In this document: positions 1-14,169 of the stretch, piece by piece
Layout of the letters: every line of letters starts with the position of its first letter
How positions within the stretch are numbered: position 1 is the stretch's first letter
NCBI GenBank assembly: GCA_964016885.1
Contig: OZ024757.1
Span: 31,496,001 to 31,560,000 of the forward strand
DNA length: 64,000 nucleotides
Source of the DNA: Eledone cirrhosa
Lineage: Eukaryota
Reading direction: 5' to 3'
Translations under genes and position numbers: made by a program
Notes under the pieces: model-generated
The model's input: the letters and a program-made list of their open reading frames with translations, nothing else
Databases searched by the model: none
Told to the model about the DNA's origin: nothing

Positions 1-32
<32 letters not shown>

Positions 33-183
33 TATATATATATACATGTAAAAGTTAAACAGAAATAACAAAGCAGACGACAGTAAATTGAAGAAATATG
101 TTAGTTTAACGCTTGAAATAACAGAAACAGGGTCTTCACGTTTAGGACATATGTGCAGACACATCTAAACTTCGACTCTTTTA

Positions 184-215
<32 letters not shown>

Positions 216-609
216 TATGAATTAATATTAACTCCGGAAAACCATCGATTGAGTGCTTCCAAACTATTGTAAAACTCATTCTTTGATTTATTCATTGAAC
301 CTTGTTTAACCTTTAAATATATATATATGTATATATGTTAAAATAACAGATTAAAGTTTAAGCAAAGAATCGCTGCTTTCACTCTTAACGGGTGAATATT
401 TGCTCTACGGTTCTTATATATTTGATATATATTTATACTTATCGAGCCCTCTTTGGATTTTAGTCTTCAAATTTATTATTATTACTAATATATATATATA
501 TATAATCATTTTGACGAATCAAGGAAAGTAGAAAAAAAAAAGAAAAACAAACCCTAAAATATATTTTCCGTGCTATTTCCAACTTCACCTTCTCCCCCAC
601 CCCCCACCC

Positions 610-760
<151 letters not shown>

Positions 761-910
761 ACGAAGGAAATGTGATAAGGAACCAGATGGACCATAACGC
801 ACCAAAGTACTCAATACTTAGGGTAGTAGAGTGGGTAATAGGAACGAGTAGGTCCAGAATTAGCCGTCGAAACGGCTTGAGCTCAGCCGTCGTGGTCCTA
901 CTCGTTCCTA
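761..910. mobile_element. (TA)n-embedded short repeat family C (copies at ~43701-43812, 44288-44430, 47151-47272, 49838-49990; variants 12287-12375, 46630-46730), probable PLE terminal remnant
   Basis: Recurrent AACGAAGGAAATGTGGTAAGGAACCAGGTGGACCATAACGCACCAAAGTACTCAATACTTAGGGTAGTAGAGTGGGTAAT with internal inversions; PLE origin inferred. Confidence 0.6.
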
Positions 911-2619
911 TATATATATAGCTTCTACAGAACGAGAACTGTTTCCTTCGAATGAAACAGTTCTAGTCCTGTAAAAGCCATTTCTATATTAAATATTATA
1001 TATACTCTATGTATTGAGTATCCTACCTCACTGTGTGTACCCCTGATTGATTGAACTCCCCCCCCCCCTCTCCACGCACACACTTTGTTTCGGTCGATCT
1101 CGTTATAAAGAATTTTTCGTTACAACGAATATTTTTTTTATACCCTGAGATTCCAACCAGGATGGTTTGCATATATACATACACTAAGATATTAAATAAA
1201 TGGAAACTATATTTATTTTATGATAAAATAAATATGGTTTTATAAATAGTTTCCATTTATTTAATATCTTGGAATATTTACTCCACTCATCAGTTGAGTG
1301 CTCTAAATCAGTTATAACCATTTATGTTTGTCGGAATTCCAACAAATTAAATACAAATTCTACACACATATACACACATACACACGCACAATATGACGGG
1401 ATTCTGCAGTTCCTGTCTACCAAAATCCACCCGGAAGACATTGGTCAAGCCAATCCGGATGAAATCTTTGATGTCATGTGTATCCGATTTATAATCCTTG
1501 TCCGTGTGTCATCAGAGGTGACTAAACAGGTGGGTGTCAGGGGAAACACTTGGTTGTAATACACACACTCACACATACTGAGTCACACACATACTGAGTC
1601 ACACACACACACACTGAGTCACACACACACTGAGTCACACTCAACCACATTCACACACACACACACTCACAACCACATTCACATTCACACACTCAACCAC
1701 ATTCACACACACTCAACCACATTCACACACAAACACAAACCACATTCACACACACTCAACCACATTCACACACACACACACACAACCACATTCATACTCA
1801 CATACAACCACACATACATACACACATACACATACATACATTACTCACTCATACTCACCACACCACACACTCACACAACCACACATACACACTCGCATAA
1901 CCACACACCGACACCACACACACTCACACCGACACCACACACACTCACATAACCACACACACTCACATAACCACACACACACCGACACCACACACACTCA
2001 CATAACCACACACACACCACACACACCGACACCACACACACTCACATAACCACACACACACCGACACCACACACTCACATAACCACACGGACACCACACA
2101 CATGGACACCACACAAACACCACACACATGGACACCACACACACTCACATAACCACACACATGGACACCACACACACTCACATAACCACACACACACCAC
2201 ACACACTCGCATAACCACACACAACCACACACACACCACTCACATAACCACACACACACTCACATAACCACACACACACTCACATAACCACACACACACC
2301 ACACACACCGACACCACACACACTCACATAACCACACACACACACACACACCACACTCAGGTATATATTCTAAATAATAGTTAACAGTACGTATATGGGA
2401 GTGCTGACGCATAGTGAACTGTCTGCAGCAGATAATACCCAATAACAGGTGGAAGTTCGATAATCGATAGTACAATAACCTATTGTAACAATAGGTTATC
2501 GGTAAACTTAATGTTCCGAATTAGGTTCCAATCATACACGATGTGGTGTCTCGCTAACTGTTAACATACCCAAGTCTCATTTTATACCCGTTATATATGT
2601 ATATATATATATATATATA

Positions 2620-2654
<35 letters not shown>

Positions 2655-2679
2655 GTACATCTGTACATATATATATATG

Positions 2680-2788
<109 letters not shown>

Positions 2789-3437
2789 GTATATATATAT
2801 ATGTATATATATATATGTATATGTATATATGTATATGTACATATGTATATGTACATAAATATATGTACATGTGTATATATATATATATGTATATATATAT
2901 GTATATATATGTATATATATATATATATGTATGTATATATATGTATATATGTGTATATATGAGTGTATATATATATATATGTGTGTGTATATATGAGTGT
3001 ATATATATATATATGTGTGTATATATGTGTATATATATACATGTGTATATATTTGTGTCTATATATACATATGTATATTTGTGTATATATATATATGTGT
3101 ATATATACATATATATATATGTATATATATGTGTATATATATATGTATATGTGTATATATATATGTGTATATATATATGTATATGTGTATATATATATGT
3201 GTATATATATATGTATATATGTGTATATATATATGTATATATATGTATATATGTATATATGTGTATATATGTGTATATATGTGTATATATGTGTATATAT
3301 ATGTATATATGTGTATATATGTATATATATGTGTATATATGTGTATATATGTGTATATATGTATATATATGTGTATATATGTATATATATGTGTATATAT
3401 GTATGTGTATATATGTATATATATATGTGTATATATA

Positions 3438-3469
<32 letters not shown>

Positions 3470-3609
3470 CGCATGTGTATGTGTATATGTGCATGCATGT
3501 ATATATATATATATATACACACACATATATATATATATATTATAGAATACTGTTGGCTTCTTGCTACAATACTTTCTATACCTTTCTATACCTATATAAA
3601 TATATATAT

Positions 3610-3847
3610 TAGTAATAATAATAAATTTGAAGACTAAAATCCAAAGAGGGCTCGATAAGGATAAATATATATCAGATATATAAGAACCGTAGAGCCAATA
3701 TATATTAAAATAACAGATTAAAGTTTAAGCAAAGAATCGCTGCTTTCACCCTTAACGGGATCTTCTGAAACCCTGAGTTTCAGAAGATCCCGTTAAGGGT
3801 GAAAGCAGCGATTCTTTGCTTAAACTTTAATCTGTTATTTTAATATA
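3610..3847. mobile_element. (TA)n-embedded family B with a perfect 71-bp-arm palindrome (other pieces at 337-490, 26238-26280, 46520-46612)
   Basis: Arms 3701-3771 and 3777-3847 are exact reverse complements around CCTGA. Confidence 0.7.
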
Positions 3848-3889
3848 CAATATATTAATAAATGGAAACTATATTTATAAAACTATATT

Positions 3890-3955
3890 TATTTTATTAT
3901 ACATATTTCAAGGGCAACCAAGGCAAATTATGGTGCGCTTTCATCAGATAAAATA
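3890..3955 (-). ncRNA. Minimal hammerhead ribozyme, repeat family A
   Basis: Minus strand TATTTTAT-CTGATGA-AAGCGCACC...GGTTGCCCTT-GAAA-TATGTA-TA-ATAAAATA. Confidence 0.7.
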
Positions 3956-4142
3956 TATATTTGTTTTATAAATAAATATTGACATACCCGGAAAAAAAGA
4001 CAACCTTAACGGTTGGAGCTTCCTGGATAGTCTTTATTTCAGTTAGAAAAATGTTTAAGCTTGTTGAATCCCAACAAATTAAATATAACCCCTACATGTA
4101 TATATATATATCTGTAGAGGTATATATATATATATATATATA

Positions 4143-4315
4143 GTACGTTATTCCGGGTTGAATCGGAGGTAACCACAGTAAGTAAGGTACTCAATACATT
4201 GCAGAGTATAAAAGTTTTAATATAGATGAGATTCTACAGGACTAGAACTGTTTCATTCTTTAGAAATCATCAGGAATGAAACAGTTCTAGTCCTGTAGAA
4301 TCTCATCTATATTAA

Positions 4316-4319
<4 letters not shown>
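4143..4319. mobile_element. (TA)n-embedded family D with a ~45-bp-arm palindrome (other pieces at 921-1070, 31205-31250, 46085-46185, 50034-50115)
   Basis: Arms 4214-4258 and 4274-4318; contains CTGATGA-TTTC TAAA GAAT-GAAACAGTTCTAGTC on the minus strand, hammerhead-like but stem I not evident. Confidence 0.65.
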
Positions 4320-4355
<36 letters not shown>

Positions 4356-5041
4356 TCATTTTTACTATTATCATTCACAGCCAACTTCACTACATTCTGA
4401 GTTCAAATCCCACCGAGGTCAACTTTACCTTTCATCCATACAGGTTCAATAAAAAAAAAAAAAAGTACCAGTCAACTATTGGTGTCAATTTAATCGAGTT
4501 TCTTTTCCTCACCCCCGAAATTGCTGGCCTTGTGCCTAAATTAGAAATTATTGAAGTGCCTCTCATACTAAAACTACCTCCTCCTTCTAAAAAGTAGACA
4601 AAGGAAGGTCGGATCATATATCATGTCTCTCTCTCTCTCTCTCTCTCGTTCTGTCTTTCTCTCTGTCTGTCTTCCTTTATGTCAGTATGTCTGTCTCTCT
4701 CCCTCTCTCTCGCTTTGTCTCCCTCTCTCTCGCTTTGTCTCCCTCTCTCTCTCGCTTTGTCTCCCTCTCTCTCTCGCTTTGTCTCCCTCTCTCTCTCGCT
4801 TTTTCTCCCTCTCTCTGTCTTTCACTCACTCACTCTCTCTCTCTCTCTAACACACACACAATACATAAATAGATGGAGCAGAGGAGAAAAGTAGGTATGT
4901 AAAGAGGAAGAAGGAAAGGTGTGTGTGTATACATATGCACACATACACACATACACACATACACACACCTATACAAAGCTATACACCCTCCACCACCCAG
5001 CTATTAAAATACTCTCCTCCCCTTCCGCTGCTCACTAAGTG

Positions 5042-5122
5042 GTAAACAAGAATGAGGTTAGCAGGTCACTTGACCTAGTTCAGTAGAAAACTAACTAGTT
5101 CCAATTTATGACTAGTAAACAC
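5042..5122. promoter_or_regulatory. Candidate enhancer: four NR half-sites in 28 bp flanked by two forkhead motifs
   Basis: AGGTTA-gc-AGGTCA-ct-TGACCT-AGTTCA (5055-5082); minus-strand AACTAGGTCA is RORE/RevRE-like; GTAAACA at 5042 and ~5115. Motif evidence only. Confidence 0.5.
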
Positions 5123-5322
5123 ACTCACACACACACTCACACACTCACACACTTACACACACACTCACACACACACTTAAACATATAGACACTTACACAT
5201 ATAGACACACACACACACACATAAAACACAAAATAGTTATGCCTTACAAATTAAATATGTATATATTTAAACTTAAGTATTGAAGTATATTTAAACTTAA
5301 TTATATATATATACACACAGAG

Positions 5323-5431
<109 letters not shown>

Positions 5432-5540
5432 GACACACATATATATATATATATATATATAGACATTCACATATATATACACACACATACAATCAATAGT
5501 ACCCCCCCCCCCTCCATCCACACTATATTTCTCTACATGC

Positions 5541-5578
<38 letters not shown>

Positions 5579-5786
5579 CACACACACATACATACAATCA
5601 ATAGTGTCCCCCACCCTCCACCCACACTATATTTATCTTCATGTAACATACTTAAAAATGCTTATACTGTATAATCACTACATATACTTTAAGCTAGATC
5701 ACACACACACACGCACACACACACGCAGGCAAACACACACACACGCAAACACACGCAAACACACACACACGCAAACACACACACAC

Positions 5787-5849
<63 letters not shown>

Positions 5850-5896
5850 AACGCACACACACACACACGCGCGCGTTTGAACAAAAACCAAATCCA

Positions 5897-5961
5897 TTCA
5901 CCTATATGAGAGAGGTCAGAGGTGACATAGTTTGACTTCCTAATTATAGGTCATGAGTTCA
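5897..5961 (+). promoter_or_regulatory. Candidate enhancer: DR1 plus Rev-DR2-like element
   Basis: AGGTCA-g-AGGTGA (5913-5925) and TAATTAT-AGGTCA-tg-AGTTCA (5941-5961). Motif evidence only. Confidence 0.48.
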
Positions 5962-6050
5962 AAACCAACAAAAATATGTTTGTAATGTGTGTGTGTGTGT
6001 AGGCAGTTGTGAGCAGTTTGCTTTTCTTGGTCTCGGGGCAGTTGTATAGA

Positions 6051-7190
6051 GAGGTCTTATTGAAGATCTGTCTGTTAGAGGTCTGTGTAGCTGGAGAAGG
6101 TCTTATTTAGAGGTCTGTGTAGATGGAGAAGGTCTTATTTAGAGGTCTGTGGAGGTCTTATTTAGAGGTCTGTGTAGGCGGAGAAGGTCTTATTTAGAGG
6201 TCTGTGTAGGCGGAGAAGGTCTTATTTAGAGGTCTGTGTAGCTGGAGAAGGTCTTATTTAGAGGTCTGCGAAGGCGGAGAAGGTCTTATTTAGAGGTATG
6301 TGTAGGTGGAGAAGGTCTTATTTAGAGGTCTGTGTAGCTGGTGAAGGTCTTATTTAGAGGTCTGCGAAGGCGAAGGTCTTATTTAGAGGTCTGCGAAGGC
6401 GAAGGTCTTATTTAGAGGTCTGCGAAGGCGGAGAAGGTCTTATTTAGAGGTATGTGTAGGTGGAGAAGGTCTTATTTAGAGGTCTGTGTAGCTGGAGAAG
6501 GTCTTATTTAGAGGTCTGTGTAGGCGGAGGTCTTATTTAGAAGTCTATGTAGGTGGAGAAGGTCTTATTTAGAGGTCTGTGTAGGTGGAGAAGGTCATAT
6601 TTAGAGGTCTGTGTAGGTGGATAAGGTCATATTTAGAGGTCTGTGTAGGTGGATAAGGTCTTATTTAGAGGTCTGTGTAGGTGGATAAGGTCTTATTTAT
6701 AGGTCTGTGTAGGTGGAGAAGGTCTTATTTATAGGTCTGTGTAGGCGGAGAAGGTCATATTTAGAGGTCTGTGTAGGTGGAGAAGGTCATATTTAGAGGT
6801 CTATGTAGGTGGAGAAGGTCATATTTAGAGGTCTGTGTAGGTGGATAAGGTCTTATTTATAGGTCTGTGTAGGCGGAGAAGGTCATATTTAGAGGTCTGT
6901 GTAGGTGGAGAAGGTCTTATTTAGAGGTCTGTGTAGGTGGAGAAGGTCATATTTAGAGGTCTGTGTAGGTGGATAAGGTCTTATTTATAGGTCTGTGTAG
7001 GCGGAGAAGGTCTTATTTAGAGGTCTATGTAGGCGAAAGTCTTTTTTAGTGTCTACATAGGTGGAACAGGTCTTTTTTAGAGGTCTGTGTAGGTGGAAAG
7101 AGTCTTTTTTTAGAGGTCTATGTAGGTGGAAAGGGTCTTTTTTAGAGGTCTGTGTAGCTGGAAAGGGTCTTTTTTAGTGTCTATGTAGAT
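6051..7190. repeat. 32-bp minisatellite GAAGGTCTTATTTAGAGGTCTGTGTAGGTGGA, roughly 35 copies
   Basis: Direct inspection; edges degenerate. Confidence 0.95.
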
Positions 7191-7191
7191 A

Positions 7192-7462
7192 AGCACATCA
7201 GACCAGTGCTTATCTCCAGTTTCATTTTGTATCGATGTTAAGCTGCTGAGAATACACATCTTCCCCTGGACAGGACGTCAGTCCATTGTATTAACCACCC
7301 AATTACTGACGGTTATCATTTCCATTTGAGTATACTGGAGCAACATGAAATGAAGAGTTTTGCTCAAGAACACAACACACAACACGCAACTCAGTCCAGG
7401 AATCGAACCCACGTTATGATAGTCAAATCCAATGCCCTAACCACTTAGCCACGCGCATTCAC
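7192..7462 (-). mobile_element. SINE family S2 copy
   Basis: Minus strand TGGCTAAGTGG...GGTTCGATTCC...TTCTTGAGCAAAAC...GGACTGACGTCCTGTCCAGGGG...GATAAGCACTGG, colinear with 17346-17706. Confidence 0.8.
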
Positions 7463-8966
7463 ATTGGTTGTCTTAACTTGGGGATTCAATCAGATTATTT
7501 GGAGGCGGATGCATCATATAGGACCATCTGGAAAGCATGTCTTAGGATTGGGACCCCCCCCCCCCCGGCCCTCTTAGGAATAAATAGACGACGATGATGT
7601 AAACTTAACATATGGTTCTTATATAAAAATTGTATTAGAACATTAAAATAAGGACCTTTTTTAAATGGTGGTTTAGTTTCATATAAGCAAACCTGATTTG
7701 GGCCAGGTTGGTATCAAAAGGTTTGTTTTTTTTTAATACATATACACAAAACTAACACATACAAAGTGTTTACGCACATACACATAAGTGCGTACGCATA
7801 CATATATATACACATACACACAGGTGCGTACACATACATACTGTAAATGTGGTTAACGTTAAAGAAGGGTATCTATTTTCCCACATAATTGTATGTGTGT
7901 GTGTGTATGTGTGGATGGATGTATGTACGTGTATATATATATATATATGCATGGATGTATGTCTATATATGATTGTATATATCTATGTGTATGTCTATGT
8001 ATATATGTGTGTGTCTATATAAATATGTGTATGTCTATATATATGTGTATGTCTATATATATATATATGTCTATATATATATATGTCTATATATATATGT
8101 GTCTATATATATATGTGTCTATATATATATGTGTGTCTATATATATATATATGTGTGTCTGTATATATGTGTATGTCTATATATGTGTATGTCTATATAT
8201 GTGTATGTCTATATATGTGTCTATATATATATATGTATGTCTATATATATAATGTGTATGTCTATATATATGTGTATGTCTATATATATGTATGTCTATG
8301 TATATATGTGTGTATGTCTATATATATGTTTATGTCTACATGTCTATATATGCGTATGTCTATATATATATGCGTATATCTATATATGTGTATGTCTATA
8401 TATATATGTGTATGTCTATGTATATGTGTATGTCTATATATATATGTGTATGTCTATATATATATGTCTATATATGTGTATGTCTATATATGTGTATGTC
8501 TATATATATATGTCTATATATGTGTATGTCTATATATATATGTCTATATATATATGTGTATGTCTATATATATATGTGTATGTCTATATATATATGCGTA
8601 TATATATATATATATGTGTATGTCTATATATATATGTGTATGTCTATATATATGTGTATGTCTATATATATATGTGTATGTCTATATATATGTGTATGTC
8701 TATATGTGTATGTCTATATATATGTGTGTCTATATATATATGTGTGTCTATATATATATATGCGTATATCTATATATATATATATGTGTATGTCTATATA
8801 TATGTGTATGTCTATATGTGTATGTCTATATATATATGTGTATGTCTATATATATATATGTGTATGTCTATATATATATATGTGTATGTCTATATATGTG
8901 TATGTCTATATATATATATGTGTGTATGTCTATATGTATGTGTATGTCTGTATATTTGTGTGTCTA

Positions 8967-8999
<33 letters not shown>

Positions 9000-9755
9000 A
9001 TAAACTTGAACTTTCATTGCCTCTGTTATTGTTGTATCTTTGGGGAGAGTTTTGTTGTTCTACTTGTTGTTGTCGTTTTTCACCCAAACATAACCTTTTA
9101 CCTAATTTATTTCAGAAGCTGTATAGAGGGGCGAAGTGTGGGGGTTACAGGTGGGGTGTTGGGATTATAATAGCTTTTATATATGGTTGGTTCTTTAGTA
9201 TTTAACCTAATTCTACACACTCACACATACACACCCCTCACCAACAGCCCCTCCCCACGAAAGCCCCCAACATTTCAGACATTGATTGACCTAAATCACA
9301 AACCCATTCACCCATAAACACACACATACACACATATATATATACATACATACGCACACACACACACACATACACACATTCACTCACATACACTCTCACT
9401 CTCCCTCGCTCTCACTCTGACTCTCCCTTGCTCACACACTAACTCTCCATCACACACACTAACTCTGCATCACACACACTAACTCACCCTCACACACACA
9501 CTAACTCTCCATCACACACACACTAACTCTGCATCACACACACACTAACTCTGCATCACACACACACTAACTCTCCATCACACACACACACTAACTCTCC
9601 ATCACACACACACACTAACTCTCCCTCACACACACACTAACTCTCCCACACACACACCAACTCTCCCTCACACACAATAACACACTCTCTCCCACACACA
9701 CACTAACAAACTCTCTCCCACACACACACTAACCACTGAGCTCATGGCCTAGATT

Positions 9756-9880
9756 AGGCATGGGCAACATTTTTGGGGGTAACAGAGCCCATACAGGCTG
9801 TGGCTCATCATAAGGTGGGCTGCACTAGTAAAATTACAGGGCTGCATGTGGCCCGCGAGCTGCAGTTAGTCCAAGGGTGC
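9756..9880. mobile_element. Degenerate hAT-like MITE
   Basis: AGGCATGGGCAAC start and GGGCTGCATGTGGCCCGCGAGCTGCAGTT subterminal motif typical of Charlie-type non-autonomous elements. Confidence 0.5.
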
Positions 9881-10199
9881 TGTGTGTATGTGTGGATATG
9901 TGAGTGTTAATATGTATGTATGTATGTGTGTATATATATGTGCTTGTGTGTATGTGTGAATATGGTGGCGGTGTGGGGGTGTTTGAAAGGATGGATCAAT
10001 AATAAACAGTTAAGGATATATGATAGAACAAAGAAAGCCACCCTGAGAAAAACAACAAAGTTCACATTTAGAGCAAGATAGAAGGGTAGGGGTAGTGGAT
10101 TGGGGTGTATATTTTGGTTGAGAGGTGCCTACTGACTGTAGGTTTTGCTTTGTACATAGGCAAGGTGTGTGTGTGTATATATATAGAAGATGACCCCTT

Positions 10200-10592
10200 A
10201 GCCTTTGTCAAGGCAGAATTCTAGGAGAAGGAAAACTCTGATATAACACCTGCAACTCTGATGGTATCCAATGATGTTGACTTGTTCTTCTTTTTGGCAA
10301 ATATCATCTTGGTTAAGAGAGTTGAACTGGCTTTGTGCAGTGCCTTTGCTCACTATAAAAGCTTCACGGCACAGGCATTGCTTTATATCTGGAGATCTCT
10401 CTGCACTAGCCGTCACATGGTACCATGGGCCCAGCACTATGTGTCAATAATTGTCACAAGTGTAGTGTTTGTACCAGAGTTTTCAAGTCGCTGGCTGGAC
10501 TAAAAAGTCACACTCGTTCAGCGTATCGGTAGGGGGTTCTCCTACATGGATATAAAGTAGTGGCCGTACTCGAAAACGAGTTGGCAGCCACC
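10200..10592 (+). mobile_element. Decayed RTE-clade LINE 3' end with C-terminal C2H2-like knuckle
   Basis: HKCSVCTRVFKSLAGLKSHTRS at ~10454-10520, followed by a terminal hairpin ACTCG-AAAA-CGAGT and a TA tract; 5' boundary uncertain. Confidence 0.65.
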
Positions 10593-10610
10593 ATATATAT
10601 ATATATGTGG

Positions 10611-10656
<46 letters not shown>

Positions 10657-11243
10657 CCACACACATAATGTGGAAGGAAACTGAAGCTAGAAGACAAGAC
10701 TGTAAAATTCCTCTCCAGAAGAGGAAATAGCCAAAATAACTGTTGATATCGTTTGTTGTTTCAACATTCTCTACAATAGAGGAGGATATCTGAGGCTGGA
10801 AATATAATATATACACACTTACACACTTTAATATATATATATACACACTTACACACTTTAATATATATATATACACAATTACACACTTGAATATATATAT
10901 ACACACTTACACACTTTATTATATATATATATATATATATATACACTTGCACACTTTAATATATATATATATACACACTTACACACTTTATTATATATAT
11001 ATATATATATATATACACTTGCACACTTTAATATATATATATATATATATATACACACACTTACACACTTTATTATATATACACTTACACACTTTAATAT
11101 ATATATATACACACACACACTTACACACTTTAATATATATACACACACACACTTACACACTTTAATATATATACACACACACATTAACATACAACATAAA
11201 CACACATAGGACATATATGACTAGAAATATAATACTCACTTTG

Positions 11244-11280
<37 letters not shown>

Positions 11281-11353
11281 CATATACATACACACACATA
11301 TATAAACATACACACACATGCACATACACACATATACATGGGACTAGAAATAC

Positions 11354-11384
<31 letters not shown>

Positions 11385-11969
11385 GCGCGCGCGAGAGACA
11401 CACTGAGTCACAGACTGACACACAAGACAGGGAAAAAGGTTAACATTTTTCCTTCATCCATTCAGATTTTTGACTCCACCTCTTTCTTCATTATGAACCA
11501 GGATCTACACTCTATCCACCCCTATCCCACTACCCAAACTGCCATCCCCCACCTCTATCCCACCACCCAAACTGCCATCCCCCACCTCTATCCCACCACC
11601 CAAACTGCCATCCCCCACCTCTATCCTCACCACCCACCCAACCTGCCATCCCCCACCTCTATCCTCACCACCCAACCTGCCATCCCCATCCCTATTGCCA
11701 TCCATCATCCCACCACACCACCACATCAGCCCACAAAAAAAAGAACCTTCTTTACTCAAAATATAGCAATTATATAAAAGAGTTGTAAAAAAACTTGGTT
11801 TCAGTGGGTGTGGAGGTAGCTGTATGGCTGTCTGTTGGTGTATGGCTACCCCCTCTCCCTTTCTCTCTCTCCACCCTTTCTCTTTCTCTCTCCACCCTCA
11901 TCTCAGGCTGCTCAGCGGTTAATATGCATAAGGAAAGTATATACTTTCAGACGTTCAACCATCTGGCAG

Positions 11970-12026
11970 AAAGGTATACGTTGCTGATGATAGCTAATCA
12001 GCTTGAAACTAGTACAGCGTTCCTTT
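11970..12026 (+). ncRNA. Minimal type I hammerhead ribozyme (PLE-associated type)
   Basis: Stem I ACGTTG/CAGCGT (extended by AAAGG/CCTTT), core CTGATGA 11984-11990, stem II AGCT-AATC-AGCT closed by U.U, GAAA 12005-12008, palindromic stem III ACTAGT, GUA cleavage after 12014. Confidence 0.8.
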
Positions 12027-12372
12027 GTCAGTGTTGAACAAATGAGCAACGATGGTTGCTAGACACTACGGCTTAATTCGGGATGTTTGTTTACAAACAC
12101 ACCGAGCATTATAATAAATGTTCGGTGAATCCATACGTATATATATATATATATATATGTGTGCATGTATATATATATATATGTGTGCATGTATATATAT
12201 ATATATACATACTACTGTACGTCTGTATACATATATGTATGTACGTATACATACTTATATATATATATATATATATATGTATATGTAATAGGGACATTCA
12301 GGACCCAGACGTCTGAGCTCCAGCCATTTCGACAGCTAGATCCGAACTATGGTCCACCTGGTATCTTACCAC

Positions 12373-12415
<43 letters not shown>

Positions 12416-12452
12416 ATATGTATGTTCTTCTGGTTTTATAATTTTATAAATT

Positions 12453-12489
<37 letters not shown>

Positions 12490-12544
12490 GCTAACGTTAA
12501 ACGATGATGTTGATGATCATTCTTTCTACGGAGACCCTTGAAAC

Positions 12545-12641
<97 letters not shown>

Positions 12642-12763
12642 TATATATATATATATATGTGTATATATATATGTATATATATATATATATATATATGTGT
12701 ATATATATATATATATGTGTATATATATATATATGTATATATGTGTATATATGTGTATATATA

Positions 12764-12798
<35 letters not shown>

Positions 12799-12843
12799 GC
12801 GTATATATATATATATATATATATATGTGTATATATATACACA

Positions 12844-12917
<74 letters not shown>

Positions 12918-14169
12918 TATATATACACATATATATATATACACATGCACATATACCACTATCATCACCACTACCATCACCACCACCATTATCATCACCA
13001 CCATCACCACTACCATCACCACCACCATTATCATCACCACCATCACCATTATCATAACACCATCACTATCACCACCACCACTATCACCATCACCACCAAC
13101 AACAACAGTGAATGTTTATTTGTGTCTAGTTGTTGTTTCTAAGGTTGACTGAGTCAATGAGAAATAATTACCTAGATCTTACCAGATGAAGTGTTGTTGG
13201 TGATAAGATGTCAGACTAGAAATGAAATTGGGTCTCCTGTCTTCTGTAAGGGGTGGTGGTGTTATTTGTGGTAGTGGTGGTGTTGGGATTGTTGTTGGTG
13301 GTGGTGTTATTTGTGGTGGTGATGGGGTTGTTGGTGGTGATGGTGGTGCTGGTGTTATTTGTGGTAGTGCTGGTGTTGGGGTTGTTGGTGGTGATGGTGC
13401 TGGTGTTATTGGTGGTGTCAGTGCTGGTGTTATTTGTGGTGATGGTGGTGATGGTGCTGGTGTTATTGGTGGTGATAGTTGTGGTAGTGGTGATGGTGGT
13501 GGTGTTAGTGGTGGTGTTATTTGTGGTGGTGATGGTGGTGGTGGTGCTGGTGTTTGTGGTGATGTCTGGTGGTTGTGCTGGTGGTGTTGGTAGTATTGAG
13601 GGTAGTAATGTTGATGGTGGTGGTGTTGATGATGTTGGTGTTGTTGTTGGTGTAGTAGTGAGTTTTGTTAGTGGTATTGGTGGTGTTTGTAGCACTGGGC
13701 CATTCCGATGTAGGTGCACTCCAGTGTGTGTGCACTCCAGTGTGGGTGCACTCATCATCTAGAAGAGTACTGGTTGATGAGGATGGCACAACACTGAACC
13801 ACTTAACCATGTTTCAATGACACCACAACAACAGCATTTGTATGGGGGCCAACGACACTGGGCCACTCAATTGTAGGTGTATTCAGCAGGTGTATTCATC
13901 AAGAGGAGTACTGGTTGATGAGGGTGGCTCTGAACTGAGCCACATACCTCCCATGGCTCAACAGCATCTTTATAGCTCATATACATGTAGAGGCCATGGC
14001 AAAGGGCCATTCTGTTTAGGGTGCACTCATCAAGAGTACCTGTTAAATGAGGATGGCACCAAACTAAGCCACATGCTACTGTTTGTCCATGAGGCAGAAC
14101 AGAGGTAAGGGAGATGACATTGGCTTAACCCTTTAGCATTTACATTACTCTATATATACTCTATATATA

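Noticed and set aside
6051-7190. CRISPR-like 32-bp periodicity (also 31378-32045 and 61695-62521)
   Set aside because: Head-to-tail repeats without unique spacers, eukaryotic context, no cas genes.
10448-10530. C2H2 zinc-finger host gene exon
   Set aside because: Single degenerate finger followed by a stop, retroposon-type terminal hairpin and TA tail; better explained as an RTE C-terminus.
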